64,000 nucleotides of DNA from Flavobacteriales bacterium. Its GTDB lineage: Bacteria; Bacteroidota; Bacteroidia; Flavobacteriales; ECT2AJA-044. The stretch's first letter is position 1; each line of letters begins with the position of its first letter. A program made the translations under genes and the position numbers. The notes beneath the pieces are model-generated. The model ran no database searches. It was given only the letters and a program-made list of their open reading frames with translations, and was not told the DNA's origin. Positions 37,444 through 45,404 of this stretch are shown here, piece after piece. The stretch covers positions 27,805-91,804 of the forward strand of contig CBFIAJ010000003.1 of NCBI GenBank assembly GCA_965660515.1, given 5' to 3'.

Positions 37444-38538
37444 TTAAACATTAAAGCGGAAGTGCATTACGTCACCGTCTTGAACAACGTATTCTTTTCC
37501 TTCCACGTTTATTTTACCTGCCTCACGGCACGATGCTTCCGACCCGTACTTTATGTAGTCCTCGTAGTGAATGACCTCTGCTCGGATGAAGCCTTTTTCA
37601 AAATCCGTATGAATAACCCCCGCCGATTGTGGAGCGGTAGCACCTATAGGAATTGTCCATGCACGCACTTCTTTAACTCCGGCCGTAAAATAGGTCTGAA
37701 GGTCGAGTAAGCGATAGGCGGCTACAATAAGTTTATTAACACCGGGCTCATGGAGTCCGAGGTCTTCTAAAAACATACTTCGCTCTTCGAAGGTCTCTAG
37801 TTCGGCAATATCAGCTTCTGTACCGGCAGCGATAATCAGAATTTCTGCATTTTCATCTTTTACTGCCTCTCGTACTTGTTCGACGTATTCATTTCCATCT
37901 TTAACTGCTGCTTCATCCACGTTACAAACGTACATGATGGGCTTTTCGGTCAACAAATACATATCGTCAATGAATTCCGCCCGCTCTTCCTCAGTACATT
38001 CGACCGCTCTGGCACTGATTCCTTTTAATAACGATTCTCTAAACTTTTGAAGAAGCTCCATTCCTTTGGCAGCTCTTTTATCTCCGATTTTGACCAGTTT
38101 TTGAACCTTATCTATTTTCTTTTCAACGGTTTCTAGATCCTTCAGTTGAAGCTCTATATCGATCGTTTCTTTGTCGCGAACCGGATTAATGGAACCGTCA
38201 ACATGCACAATGTTTTCATTGTCAAAACAGCGGAGCACGTGCAATATGGCATTCGTTTCACGTATGTTTCCCAAAAACTGATTGCCAAGTCCTTCACCTT
38301 GACTCGCCCCTTTTACTAATCCTGCGATATCCACAATTTCCACCGTAGCAGGAACGACGCGTTCTGGATTCACCAAGGATTCCAATTTCGCCATACGATC
38401 ATCGGGAACGTTGATTACTCCTATGTTTGGTTCAATAGTGCAAAATGGATAATTGGCCGACTGAGCTTTTGCATTACTCAAGCAATTGAACAAGGTCGAT
38501 TTACCAACATTTGGAAGTCCTACGATCCCGCATTTCAT
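37444..38538 (-). CDS. ychF: Redox-regulated ATPase YchF
   Basis: MKCGIVGLPNVGKSTLFN P-loop and the C-terminal TGS-like region (VRAWTIPIGATAPQSAGVIHTDFEKGFIRAEV). Trimmed to the ATG at 38538. Confidence 0.9.
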   Translation of the reverse strand: MKCGIVGLPNVGKSTLFNCLSNAKAQSANYPFCTIEPNIGVINVPDDRMAKLESLVNPERVVPATVEIVDIAGLVKGASQGEGLGNQFLGNIRETNAILHVLRCFDNENIVHVDGSINPVRDKETIDIELQLKDLETVEKKIDKVQKLVKIGDKRAAKGMELLQKFRESLLKGISARAVECTEEERAEFIDDMYLLTEKPIMYVCNVDEAAVKDGNEYVEQVREAVKDENAEILIIAAGTEADIAELETFEERSMFLEDLGLHEPGVNKLIVAAYRLLDLQTYFTAGVKEVRAWTIPIGATAPQSAGVIHTDFEKGFIRAEVIHYEDYIKYGSEASCREAGKINVEGKEYVVQDGDVMHFRFNV

Positions 38539-38630
38539 AATTCTGTGATTTAGGCGGCAAAAATAGCAATTGAGAACCACCTATTTATCAAAAGAAGTGA
38601 ACAACCCTTCCTTATGGCGTAACAAAAGAA

Positions 38631-38638
38631 TAATTTTG
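38631..38638 (+). promoter_or_regulatory. -7 box TAATTTTG upstream of the transketolase N-terminal subunit gene
   Basis: Exact TAnnTTTG match 17 nt before the ATG at 38656. Confidence 0.4.
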
Positions 38639-38655
38639 GCAAAAATTTTTGATTC

Positions 38656-39504
38656 ATGGCCGATATAGAACTCCTTCAAGAACACGTTTCACAAACACGT
38701 CGCGATATTGTGCGGATGGTGCACGCCGTAAATTCTGGTCACCCCGGTGGATCTTTGGGATGTGTTGAATTCTTCACTGCCCTTTTTCACACTCAAATGA
38801 ACCTGAATGCCGGTGACTTTCAGATGGACGGTTACGGAGAAGACTTATTCTTTTTGTCGAATGGTCATATTTCGCCTGTATATTATTCAGTGCTTGCACG
38901 TACGGGTTATTTCCCAGTAGACGAGTTAAATACCTTCCGTAAAATAAACACCAGACTTCAAGGACACCCCACCACTCATGAGGGTTTGCCCGGGGTGCGT
39001 ATTGCTTCCGGATCTTTAGGGCAAGGTTTATCTGTTGCCATTGGCTCCGCTATCGCTAAAAAGCTCAATGGCGACAAAAGCCTCGTTTACACCCTTCATG
39101 GAGATGGAGAATTACAAGAAGGGCAAATTTGGGAAGCGGCGATGTTTGCCGCAGGTAAAGGAGTAGATAATTTGATCGCTACCGTAGATTGGAATTCCAA
39201 GCAAATAGATGGGGATACGGATGAAGTTCTCCCTATGGGTGATTTGGCCGAGAAGTTCGCAGCCTTCGGCTGGACGGTCATTATCGAAGAAAAAGGGAAC
39301 GATCTCACCTCCGTAATCGAAGTGCTTGAAAGAGCCAAGGGCATGACGGAAAATGGCAAACCCATCGTTATTCTGCTTAAAACAGAAATGGGGAACGGAG
39401 TCGATTTTATGATGGGTACCCACAAATGGCACGGAGTAGCGCCAAATGACGAGCAATTGGAATCAGCCCTCGCCCAGAACCCTGAAACATTGGGTGACTA
39501 CTGA
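38656..39504 (+). CDS. Transketolase, N-terminal (TPP-binding) subunit
   Basis: SGHPGGSLG and the TPP motif GDGELQEGQIWEA. The 282-aa length is typical of split transketolase. Confidence 0.85.
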   Translation: MADIELLQEHVSQTRRDIVRMVHAVNSGHPGGSLGCVEFFTALFHTQMNLNAGDFQMDGYGEDLFFLSNGHISPVYYSVLARTGYFPVDELNTFRKINTRLQGHPTTHEGLPGVRIASGSLGQGLSVAIGSAIAKKLNGDKSLVYTLHGDGELQEGQIWEAAMFAAGKGVDNLIATVDWNSKQIDGDTDEVLPMGDLAEKFAAFGWTVIIEEKGNDLTSVIEVLERAKGMTENGKPIVILLKTEMGNGVDFMMGTHKWHGVAPNDEQLESALAQNPETLGDY

Positions 39505-40886
39505 TGAATTGGAAGAGCTACATACTTTTAATTGTTTTTCTCGCCGTAGGCGGAACGACCTATGCTCAAGAAAAACCGAAACCGCCTAAAACGCGAATTC
39601 TATTTGTTTTTGATGCTTCTCAAAGTATGTATGCTCAATGGGAAAGCGGAACTAAAATTGACATTGCAGAGCGCCTCATGAATCGAATGCTCGACAGTTT
39701 GGCTCAAGTACCTGATCCAAATTTCGAGTTGGCCTTGCGTGTTTACGGGCACCAAAAGCCAGTTCCACCGCAAGACTGTAGCGATACTCGACTCGAGGTT
39801 CCGTTTGCTCCCAACAATTTGAAGCGAATCAAATTGAAATTGAGTCAGCTTCGACCAAAAGGAACGACGCCCATTGCTCGATCATTGGAAAAGGCGGCGT
39901 ATGATTTCCCTAACAATTGCGATAATTGCCGAAACGTCATCATTCTTATTACCGACGGTGTAGAGGCTTGTGATGGCGATCCATGTGCGGTAAGTCGAGC
40001 GCTTCAAAAACAAGGAATTATTTTAAAACCCTTCGTAATTGGAATTGGCTTAGACGACCAGTTTAAAGAGAGTTTTGAATGCGTTGGTCAGTACTATGAC
40101 GCCACCAATGAACAGACCTTCGAAAATATTTTGGGCTTGGTGATTTCTCAGGCCTTAAACAATACGACGGCCCAAGTTAATTTACTCGACGAACGCGGTC
40201 TCCCCACAGAAACCGACGTGAACATGAGCTTTTATGATATTCAATCGGGTCAGTTAAAGTATAATTACATTCATACGATTAACCATCGTGGAAATCCGGA
40301 TACACTTATTCTAGACCCCTTAATTGAATACCGAATGGTGGTTCATACCATTCCACCGGTCACCAAAGACAGTATTCGAATAATCCCTGGAACTCATAAC
40401 GTAATCGCGCTTGATGCACCTCAAGGATGGCTTCAACTCAAAGTGGGAGGTATTGGGGGAAATAGGAATTTCCAATGCATCGTACGGAGGAAAAATTCAC
40501 TTCGAACGCTTCATGTGCAACAGTTCAACGAAAGTGAAAAGTACTTGACGGGCACTTATGATCTCGAGATCTTAACGGTTCCTCGATACATAGAATACAA
40601 CGTGCAAATCAATCAAAGCACGACAACAAAAATCGAAATCCCTGCACCTGGCCTCGTGAGCTTGAACGCTCCTACTCAGGGTTTCGGAAGTATTTATGTT
40701 CAAAAGGGGAACGAATATGAATGGGTTTTAAACCTGCCGAGCAATAAGCGTCAAAACACCTATTACTTGCAACCGGGCTTCTACAGCGTGGTGTACCGAC
40801 CTCAAAACGCCAAAGAATCTATTTATACCATCACTAAGAAATTCAGAATTGAGTCGGGAGGCTCAGTAGTAGTAAATCTTCAATAA
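39504..40886 (+). CDS. Secreted von Willebrand factor type A (VWA) domain protein
   Basis: Signal peptide MNWKSYILLIVFLAVGGTTYAQ, MIDAS DxSxS (FDASQSM) and ILITDGVEACDG. The C-terminal half is beta-rich and uncharacterised. Its ATG overlaps the tktN stop. Confidence 0.75.
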   Translation: MNWKSYILLIVFLAVGGTTYAQEKPKPPKTRILFVFDASQSMYAQWESGTKIDIAERLMNRMLDSLAQVPDPNFELALRVYGHQKPVPPQDCSDTRLEVPFAPNNLKRIKLKLSQLRPKGTTPIARSLEKAAYDFPNNCDNCRNVIILITDGVEACDGDPCAVSRALQKQGIILKPFVIGIGLDDQFKESFECVGQYYDATNEQTFENILGLVISQALNNTTAQVNLLDERGLPTETDVNMSFYDIQSGQLKYNYIHTINHRGNPDTLILDPLIEYRMVVHTIPPVTKDSIRIIPGTHNVIALDAPQGWLQLKVGGIGGNRNFQCIVRRKNSLRTLHVQQFNESEKYLTGTYDLEILTVPRYIEYNVQINQSTTTKIEIPAPGLVSLNAPTQGFGSIYVQKGNEYEWVLNLPSNKRQNTYYLQPGFYSVVYRPQNAKESIYTITKKFRIESGGSVVVNLQ

Positions 40887-40892
40887 GCACTT

Positions 40893-41843
40893 ATGAAAGA
40901 ATACGAAAACCAAGGAAATAAAGACACTCGATCCGGATTTGGAGCCGGATTAAGCGAGCTCGGAGATACCAATGAAAACGTAGTCGCTCTATGTGCGGAC
41001 TTAACCGGTTCATTGAAGATGAACGACTTTGCCGATCGATTCCCAGAGCGCTTCGTTCAAGTGGGAATTGCGGAAGCGAATATGATGGGTATTGCAGCTG
41101 GACTTACCATAGGAGGTAAAATTCCCTTCACCGGAACCTTCGCAAATTTTTCGACTGGACGTGTATATGATCAAATTCGCCAATCTATTGCCTACAGTGG
41201 CAAGAACGTGAAAATATGTGCCTCTCATGCAGGTTTGACACTCGGTGAAGACGGTGCCACACATCAAATCCTTGAAGATGTTGGAATGATGAAAATGCTT
41301 CCCGGCATGACCGTCATTGTTCCTTGTGATTACAACCAAACGAAAGCGGCTACCTTGGCTATTGCCGAACATGAAGGTCCAGTCTACTTGCGTTTCGGAC
41401 GCCCAAAAGTGCCGAACTTTACGAGTGAAACAGAGGCTTTCGAGATAGGTAAAGCACAACACCTTCAATCCGGAACAGATGTAACTATTATTGCAAACGG
41501 TCATCTTGTATGGAAAGCCTTAGAAGCGGCCAAAGAGCTGAGCAATTTGGGCATATCGGCAGAAGTGCTTAATGTGCATACAGTTAAACCTATTGATCGA
41601 GATGCCATTTTAAATAGTGCTAGAAAAACGAACCGCGTGGTTACGGCCGAAGAACATCAGAAAAATGGCGGCCTGGGCGATTCCGTTGCACAGATTCTCG
41701 CGGAAGAGCATCCTTGCCCTATGGCGTTTATTGCGGTGGATGATTCCTTTGGCGAAAGCGGAACGCCCGAGCAGCTGCTCGAGAAATACGGCCTATCTAC
41801 ACAAAACATAGTTAAAGCTGCGCAAGCATTGATGACGAAGTAA
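40893..41843 (+). CDS. Transketolase, C-terminal (pyrimidine-binding) subunit
   Basis: [33 protein letters not shown] and a C-terminal transketolase domain. Confidence 0.85.
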   Translation: MKEYENQGNKDTRSGFGAGLSELGDTNENVVALCADLTGSLKMNDFADRFPERFVQVGIAEANMMGIAAGLTIGGKIPFTGTFANFSTGRVYDQIRQSIAYSGKNVKICASHAGLTLGEDGATHQILEDVGMMKMLPGMTVIVPCDYNQTKAATLAIAEHEGPVYLRFGRPKVPNFTSETEAFEIGKAQHLQSGTDVTIIANGHLVWKALEAAKELSNLGISAEVLNVHTVKPIDRDAILNSARKTNRVVTAEEHQKNGGLGDSVAQILAEEHPCPMAFIAVDDSFGESGTPEQLLEKYGLSTQNIVKAAQALMTK

Positions 41844-41869
41844 TTTATAGCGAGTAACCCAGTAGAAGA

Positions 41870-41897
41870 AAGCGAATCGTACCGGTTCGCTTTTTTC
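41870..41897 (+). terminator. Rho-independent terminator
   Basis: AGCGAATCG-tac-CGGTTCGCT followed by TTTTTT. Confidence 0.7.
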
Positions 41898-41980
41898 ATT
41901 TTGACTCCTTTACTTTCAGGGAATGAAGAACTCTTAAACTTTCGTTCAATTAATGCATCTTTAAATCCAAATAGTACTCG

Positions 41981-42523
41981 TTGGATACGCGCATCTTTTT
42001 AGAAATAAAATCTACTCAGGGTTCCGAAAAGGCATATACTGCTTTGGTTCGTGCGTTCTCTCAATCTATTTACTATCATGTTCGCCATCAGCTTTTCGAT
42101 CATTCGTTAACTGACGATTTGGTTCAGGAGACTTTTCTGAAAGCATGGAAAAGCTTGGATTCATTTAAAGGACCCGGTTCTATTGAAGGCTGGTTGAAAA
42201 TGATTGCAACGAATGAAGTGCGGCAATACATTCGAAAGAAACAATCGCGCATTCAGCTTCTTTCTACAGAATCTGATCATCCGGATTTCCAGAAATCAGA
42301 CCCTGAAGCTCCTGGATTTTGGGATAGCGAGCAAGAAGAACAGAGATTTTTGAAGGCTGTAGAAGGATTACCCGAAAAACAGCGTCTTGTTTTTAGCCTA
42401 AAATATTTTGAAGACCTACCCTACGCACAAATTATAGAGCAGCTTGGAGGCACAATTGGCAGTTTGAAAGCGAGCTACCACCACGCCACTCAAAAAATAA
42501 AAGATGAACTCAGTTCTGATTAA
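41981..42523 (+). CDS. ECF-type RNA polymerase sigma-70 family factor
   Basis: Region 2 (DDLVQETFLKAWKSLDSF) and region 4 (LPEKQRLVFSLKYFEDLPYAQIIEQLGGTIGSLKASYHHATQKI). A non-ATG (TTG) start is needed because there is no in-frame ATG upstream of region 2. Confidence 0.8.
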   Translation: MDTRIFLEIKSTQGSEKAYTALVRAFSQSIYYHVRHQLFDHSLTDDLVQETFLKAWKSLDSFKGPGSIEGWLKMIATNEVRQYIRKKQSRIQLLSTESDHPDFQKSDPEAPGFWDSEQEEQRFLKAVEGLPEKQRLVFSLKYFEDLPYAQIIEQLGGTIGSLKASYHHATQKIKDELSSD

Positions 42524-42555
42524 ACCTAAAGATCAATTTAGCATCTAACCATACG

Positions 42556-42948
42556 ATGAAAGCAAACGAATCATTTCCGAAACCAGAATTTAAAGTCCCA
42601 CCGGGGTATTTTAAAAGCCTTGAGGCGGAGTTATTAAAAATACCAGAGGATCACCCGAGAAAGGTGGTTAAGCCGCAGGTTTTTTGGATAAGAACAATGG
42701 CTGCTGCAGCTGCAGTGATCTTATTAGCGCTTTTTATCCCATGGGGAACGGAGCAAAATTCAACGCTTACGGATCAAGAAATTGCAGCTTATATAGAGTC
42801 AGATGGCGCTTGGTTGTTAGAAGAGCTAGCCTTTGACGAGGCCTTGTCGAATGTAACATTCGAGGGTGAAGTAGAGCTCGATGAATGGAATGATCTCCTT
42901 TTTATAGAAGGTGTCGAAGACGACTTTTGGTACGATGAATCAATGTAA
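42556..42948 (+). CDS. Putative anti-sigma factor (single-pass membrane protein)
   Basis: 130 aa with one TM helix (TMAAAAAVILLALFIPW) and an acidic C-terminus. It lies directly after the ECF sigma gene. The role is inferred from context. Confidence 0.5.
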   Translation: MKANESFPKPEFKVPPGYFKSLEAELLKIPEDHPRKVVKPQVFWIRTMAAAAAVILLALFIPWGTEQNSTLTDQEIAAYIESDGAWLLEELAFDEALSNVTFEGEVELDEWNDLLFIEGVEDDFWYDESM

Positions 42949-42977
42949 GGAAACACAAACTCTAAATACTTTTTAAA

Positions 42978-43472
42978 ATGAAAAAAGCAGCGCTTATTTT
43001 ACTCCTAGCGGTAAGCACCTACTCTTTTGCTCAAAAGCCTCGCGGCTTGATGGACAAACCCGAGGAGCTTGAGAAAATCGAGGCCATGAGAATTGGCTTC
43101 ATTACAGAGAAACTTCAGCTTTCTCCAGATCAGGCAAAGGTTTTCTGGCCTGTTTATGAGGAATTCAAAACAAAGCATGATGCCATTCGCTCCGAAATGC
43201 TTCACGATCTAAAAATGAAGCGAGGAGGCGGTGACTTAATGACAGAAAATGTTTCTGAAGGTGATTTGGATAAAATTATGACTCAGCGTTTTGCCAATGA
43301 ACAGAAAGAACTCGATCTGAAAATTGAATACCATGAGAAATTCAAAGATGTGCTGGACATTGAACAAGTGGCAGCACTGTACAAGGCAGAACACGACTTC
43401 AGGCGTCAACTTTTTGAAAGAATGCGAAGAGGACAAAAAGAAGGGGCCAAAGGGGAACACCTGATGAAATAA
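42978..43472 (+). CDS. Periplasmic Spy/CpxP-like (LTxxQ-type) protein
   Basis: Signal peptide, LQLSPDQAKVFWPVYEEF and further helical repeats. Confidence 0.55.
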   Translation: MKKAALILLLAVSTYSFAQKPRGLMDKPEELEKIEAMRIGFITEKLQLSPDQAKVFWPVYEEFKTKHDAIRSEMLHDLKMKRGGGDLMTENVSEGDLDKIMTQRFANEQKELDLKIEYHEKFKDVLDIEQVAALYKAEHDFRRQLFERMRRGQKEGAKGEHLMK

Positions 43473-43488
43473 TCCAAGAATTCGAATT

Positions 43489-43520
43489 GAAGAGCGCTAC
43501 TCCAGCGCTCTTCTTTCGTT
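43489..43520 (+). terminator. Rho-independent terminator
   Basis: GAAGAGCGCT-actcc-AGCGCTCTTC followed by TTTCGTTT. Confidence 0.65.
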
Positions 43521-43528
43521 TATATTTG
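43521..43528 (+). promoter_or_regulatory. -7 box TATATTTG just upstream of the aminotransferase gene
   Basis: Exact TAnnTTTG match only 4 nt before the ATG at 43533. This implies a leaderless or near-leaderless mRNA if it is functional. Confidence 0.3.
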
Positions 43529-43532
43529 GGCC

Positions 43533-44720
43533 ATGGATTTAAAACAAATCTTCTTCGAACACCAAGCGCAAACTACAGACTTCGCTTCAGCATTTGAAGT
43601 GGAAAGGGCTGAACGGTGCTATGTATATGGCAAAGACGGTAAGAGATATCTCGACTTAGTCGCTGGAGTTAGCGCGAACAACCTCGGCCACGGGCACCCT
43701 CAAGTAACTGCAGCTGTAAAGGAACAGCTCGATCGCTACAGCCACGTAATGGTTTATGGAGAATACGTTCAAGAGCAACCCGCTCTGTTATCAAAACGAT
43801 TAGCAGAAGTACTCCCCGCTTCTCTTTCCAATGTTTACCTGGTAAATTCGGGAACGGAAGCGATAGAAGGAGCCTTGAAAATAGCAAAGAGATATACCCG
43901 GCGAAACGAAATAGTTGCTGCTAACGGAGCCTACCACGGAGCTACGCATGGCGCTTTAAGTGTAACGGGGAATTTGGAATGGACCCGATCTATGCGCCCG
44001 CTTCTGCCAGGAATCAAATTTATTGACTTTAACGATTTCGACCATTTAAAAACAATCAACCACAAAACAGCGGCTGTAATTCTTGAGACGATTCAGGGTG
44101 CGAATGGCTTTGTAACGCCCGAAAACAACTATTTAAAGGCGGTGCGTGAGCGCTGTGATGAAGTAGGTGCCTTGCTGATATTGGATGAGATACAGCCAGG
44201 ATTCGGAAGAACAGGTTCTCTTTTTGGATTTGAACATTACGACATTGTACCGGATATTCTCGTCGTCGGGAAAGCAATGGGCGGCGGATTACCTATTGGT
44301 GGTTTTATTTCTTCTCAAGAAATTATGGATGTCATCCGGCGCAATCCAATGCTGGGTCACATCACCACCTTCGGAGGTCACCCTGTACCCGCAGCAGCTT
44401 CCCTGGCACATTTGAATGCGCTGCTCGACGAAGGCTGGATCGATCTTATTGAGACTAAGGAAAATATTTTTCGACAGCGCCTCATTCATCCGGCCGTGAA
44501 GGCCGTTACCGGAAAAGGATTAATGCTGGCCGTTCATTTAGATACCCCAGAACGCGTGCAAGAAGTTGCGCGACGAGCGATGGAAAAAGGGCTGATTCTG
44601 TTTTGGCTGTTGTTTAAAGGAAATGCGCTGCGTGTGACTCCTCCTTTGATTATTACCGACGAACAAATACACTGGGCGTGCGATGTGATTATCGAATGCT
44701 TAGACGAGGTGACGTCTTAA
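43533..44720 (+). CDS. Class-III pyridoxal-phosphate aminotransferase (acetylornithine/ornithine aminotransferase-like)
   Basis: NSGTEAIEGALK, DEIQPGFGRTG and the PLP-Lys context VVGKAMGGGLP. Confidence 0.8.
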   Translation: MDLKQIFFEHQAQTTDFASAFEVERAERCYVYGKDGKRYLDLVAGVSANNLGHGHPQVTAAVKEQLDRYSHVMVYGEYVQEQPALLSKRLAEVLPASLSNVYLVNSGTEAIEGALKIAKRYTRRNEIVAANGAYHGATHGALSVTGNLEWTRSMRPLLPGIKFIDFNDFDHLKTINHKTAAVILETIQGANGFVTPENNYLKAVRERCDEVGALLILDEIQPGFGRTGSLFGFEHYDIVPDILVVGKAMGGGLPIGGFISSQEIMDVIRRNPMLGHITTFGGHPVPAAASLAHLNALLDEGWIDLIETKENIFRQRLIHPAVKAVTGKGLMLAVHLDTPERVQEVARRAMEKGLILFWLLFKGNALRVTPPLIITDEQIHWACDVIIECLDEVTS

Positions 44721-45020
44721 TTTCTCGAGTTTGGCTTGCAGGTCCGGCATTTGCATATACGCCCCTTCGCGTTCCTGCTCTACCCCATTCAATAGGACAA
44801 TGAGCGTAGGAACCCCCATAATAAGCATGGGTCCGGCCAATGAAGAGAGCTCCATCAGGTTGACCTTCGCAATGGGGATACCGACCTCTTCAAATACCTC
44901 CGCTACTTTAGGTTTAAGTACGTGACAGATACCGCAGGTAGTCGTGTAGAAATATACCCCACACAAATCGTTTGTTTCAACAAAGGATGAATATTCTTCA
45001 GGGGACGTTATTTCTCGCAT
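44700..45020 (-). CDS. Thioredoxin-fold protein (CxxC = CGIC)
   Basis: 106 aa with FYTTTCGICHVLKP and a cis-Pro context GVPTLIV. Its 3' end overlaps the convergent aminotransferase gene by 21 nt. Confidence 0.7.
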   Translation of the reverse strand: MREITSPEEYSSFVETNDLCGVYFYTTTCGICHVLKPKVAEVFEEVGIPIAKVNLMELSSLAGPMLIMGVPTLIVLLNGVEQEREGAYMQMPDLQAKLEKLRRHLV

Positions 45021-45394
45021 TAGTATTGACCTGTATTTAAAAGCACGAGCGTGCAGGCTATTTCTGTTTCTATTCCGGCCTTTTCCGCTAAATGAATGAG
45101 CTCTGGATTTTCAGTTCCTGGATTGAATATAATTCTTCGCGGATTCAATCCAATGAGATAATCGTAATACTCGGGCTGCCTTGAAGGGCCCACATAGAGC
45201 GTAATGGTATCAATGTCTGTAACATCGGGTTTGCCCACGATAATATCTTGATGGTCAATAGCTCCCTTCCGTATACCCACGGGCACCACCGGAATTTGAT
45301 GCCGATGAAGGGTTTCTGTAGCCATATGCGAGTATCTGTTTGGGTTGGGCGAGGCGCCGAGTACGAGCGTTTTATTTTTCTGAGTTTCCGACAT
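45020..45394 (-). CDS. CoA-binding domain protein
   Basis: 124 aa. VLGASPNPNRYSHMA...VVPVG... resembles the CoA_binding_2 family from recall. Confidence 0.6.
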   Translation of the reverse strand: MSETQKNKTLVLGASPNPNRYSHMATETLHRHQIPVVPVGIRKGAIDHQDIIVGKPDVTDIDTITLYVGPSRQPEYYDYLIGLNPRRIIFNPGTENPELIHLAEKAGIETEIACTLVLLNTGQY

Positions 45395-45404
45395 ATTGAA
45401 TGGG

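Noticed and set aside
41010-41504. 164-aa antisense ORF inside the transketolase C-terminal subunit gene. Similar antisense ORFs lie at 22932-23348, 39096-39456, 49706-50068, 55934-56395, 59212-59574 and 61840-62341.
   Set aside because: All lie antisense or out of frame within genes that have strong motif support, and their composition is low-complexity or Cys/Arg/Ser-rich. They are typical shadow ORFs.
44700-44720. 21-nt overlap of the convergent aminotransferase and thioredoxin-like genes
   Set aside because: 3'-end overlaps of convergent genes are common in this compact genome, and no additional structure was seen. It is noted in the feature evidence only.
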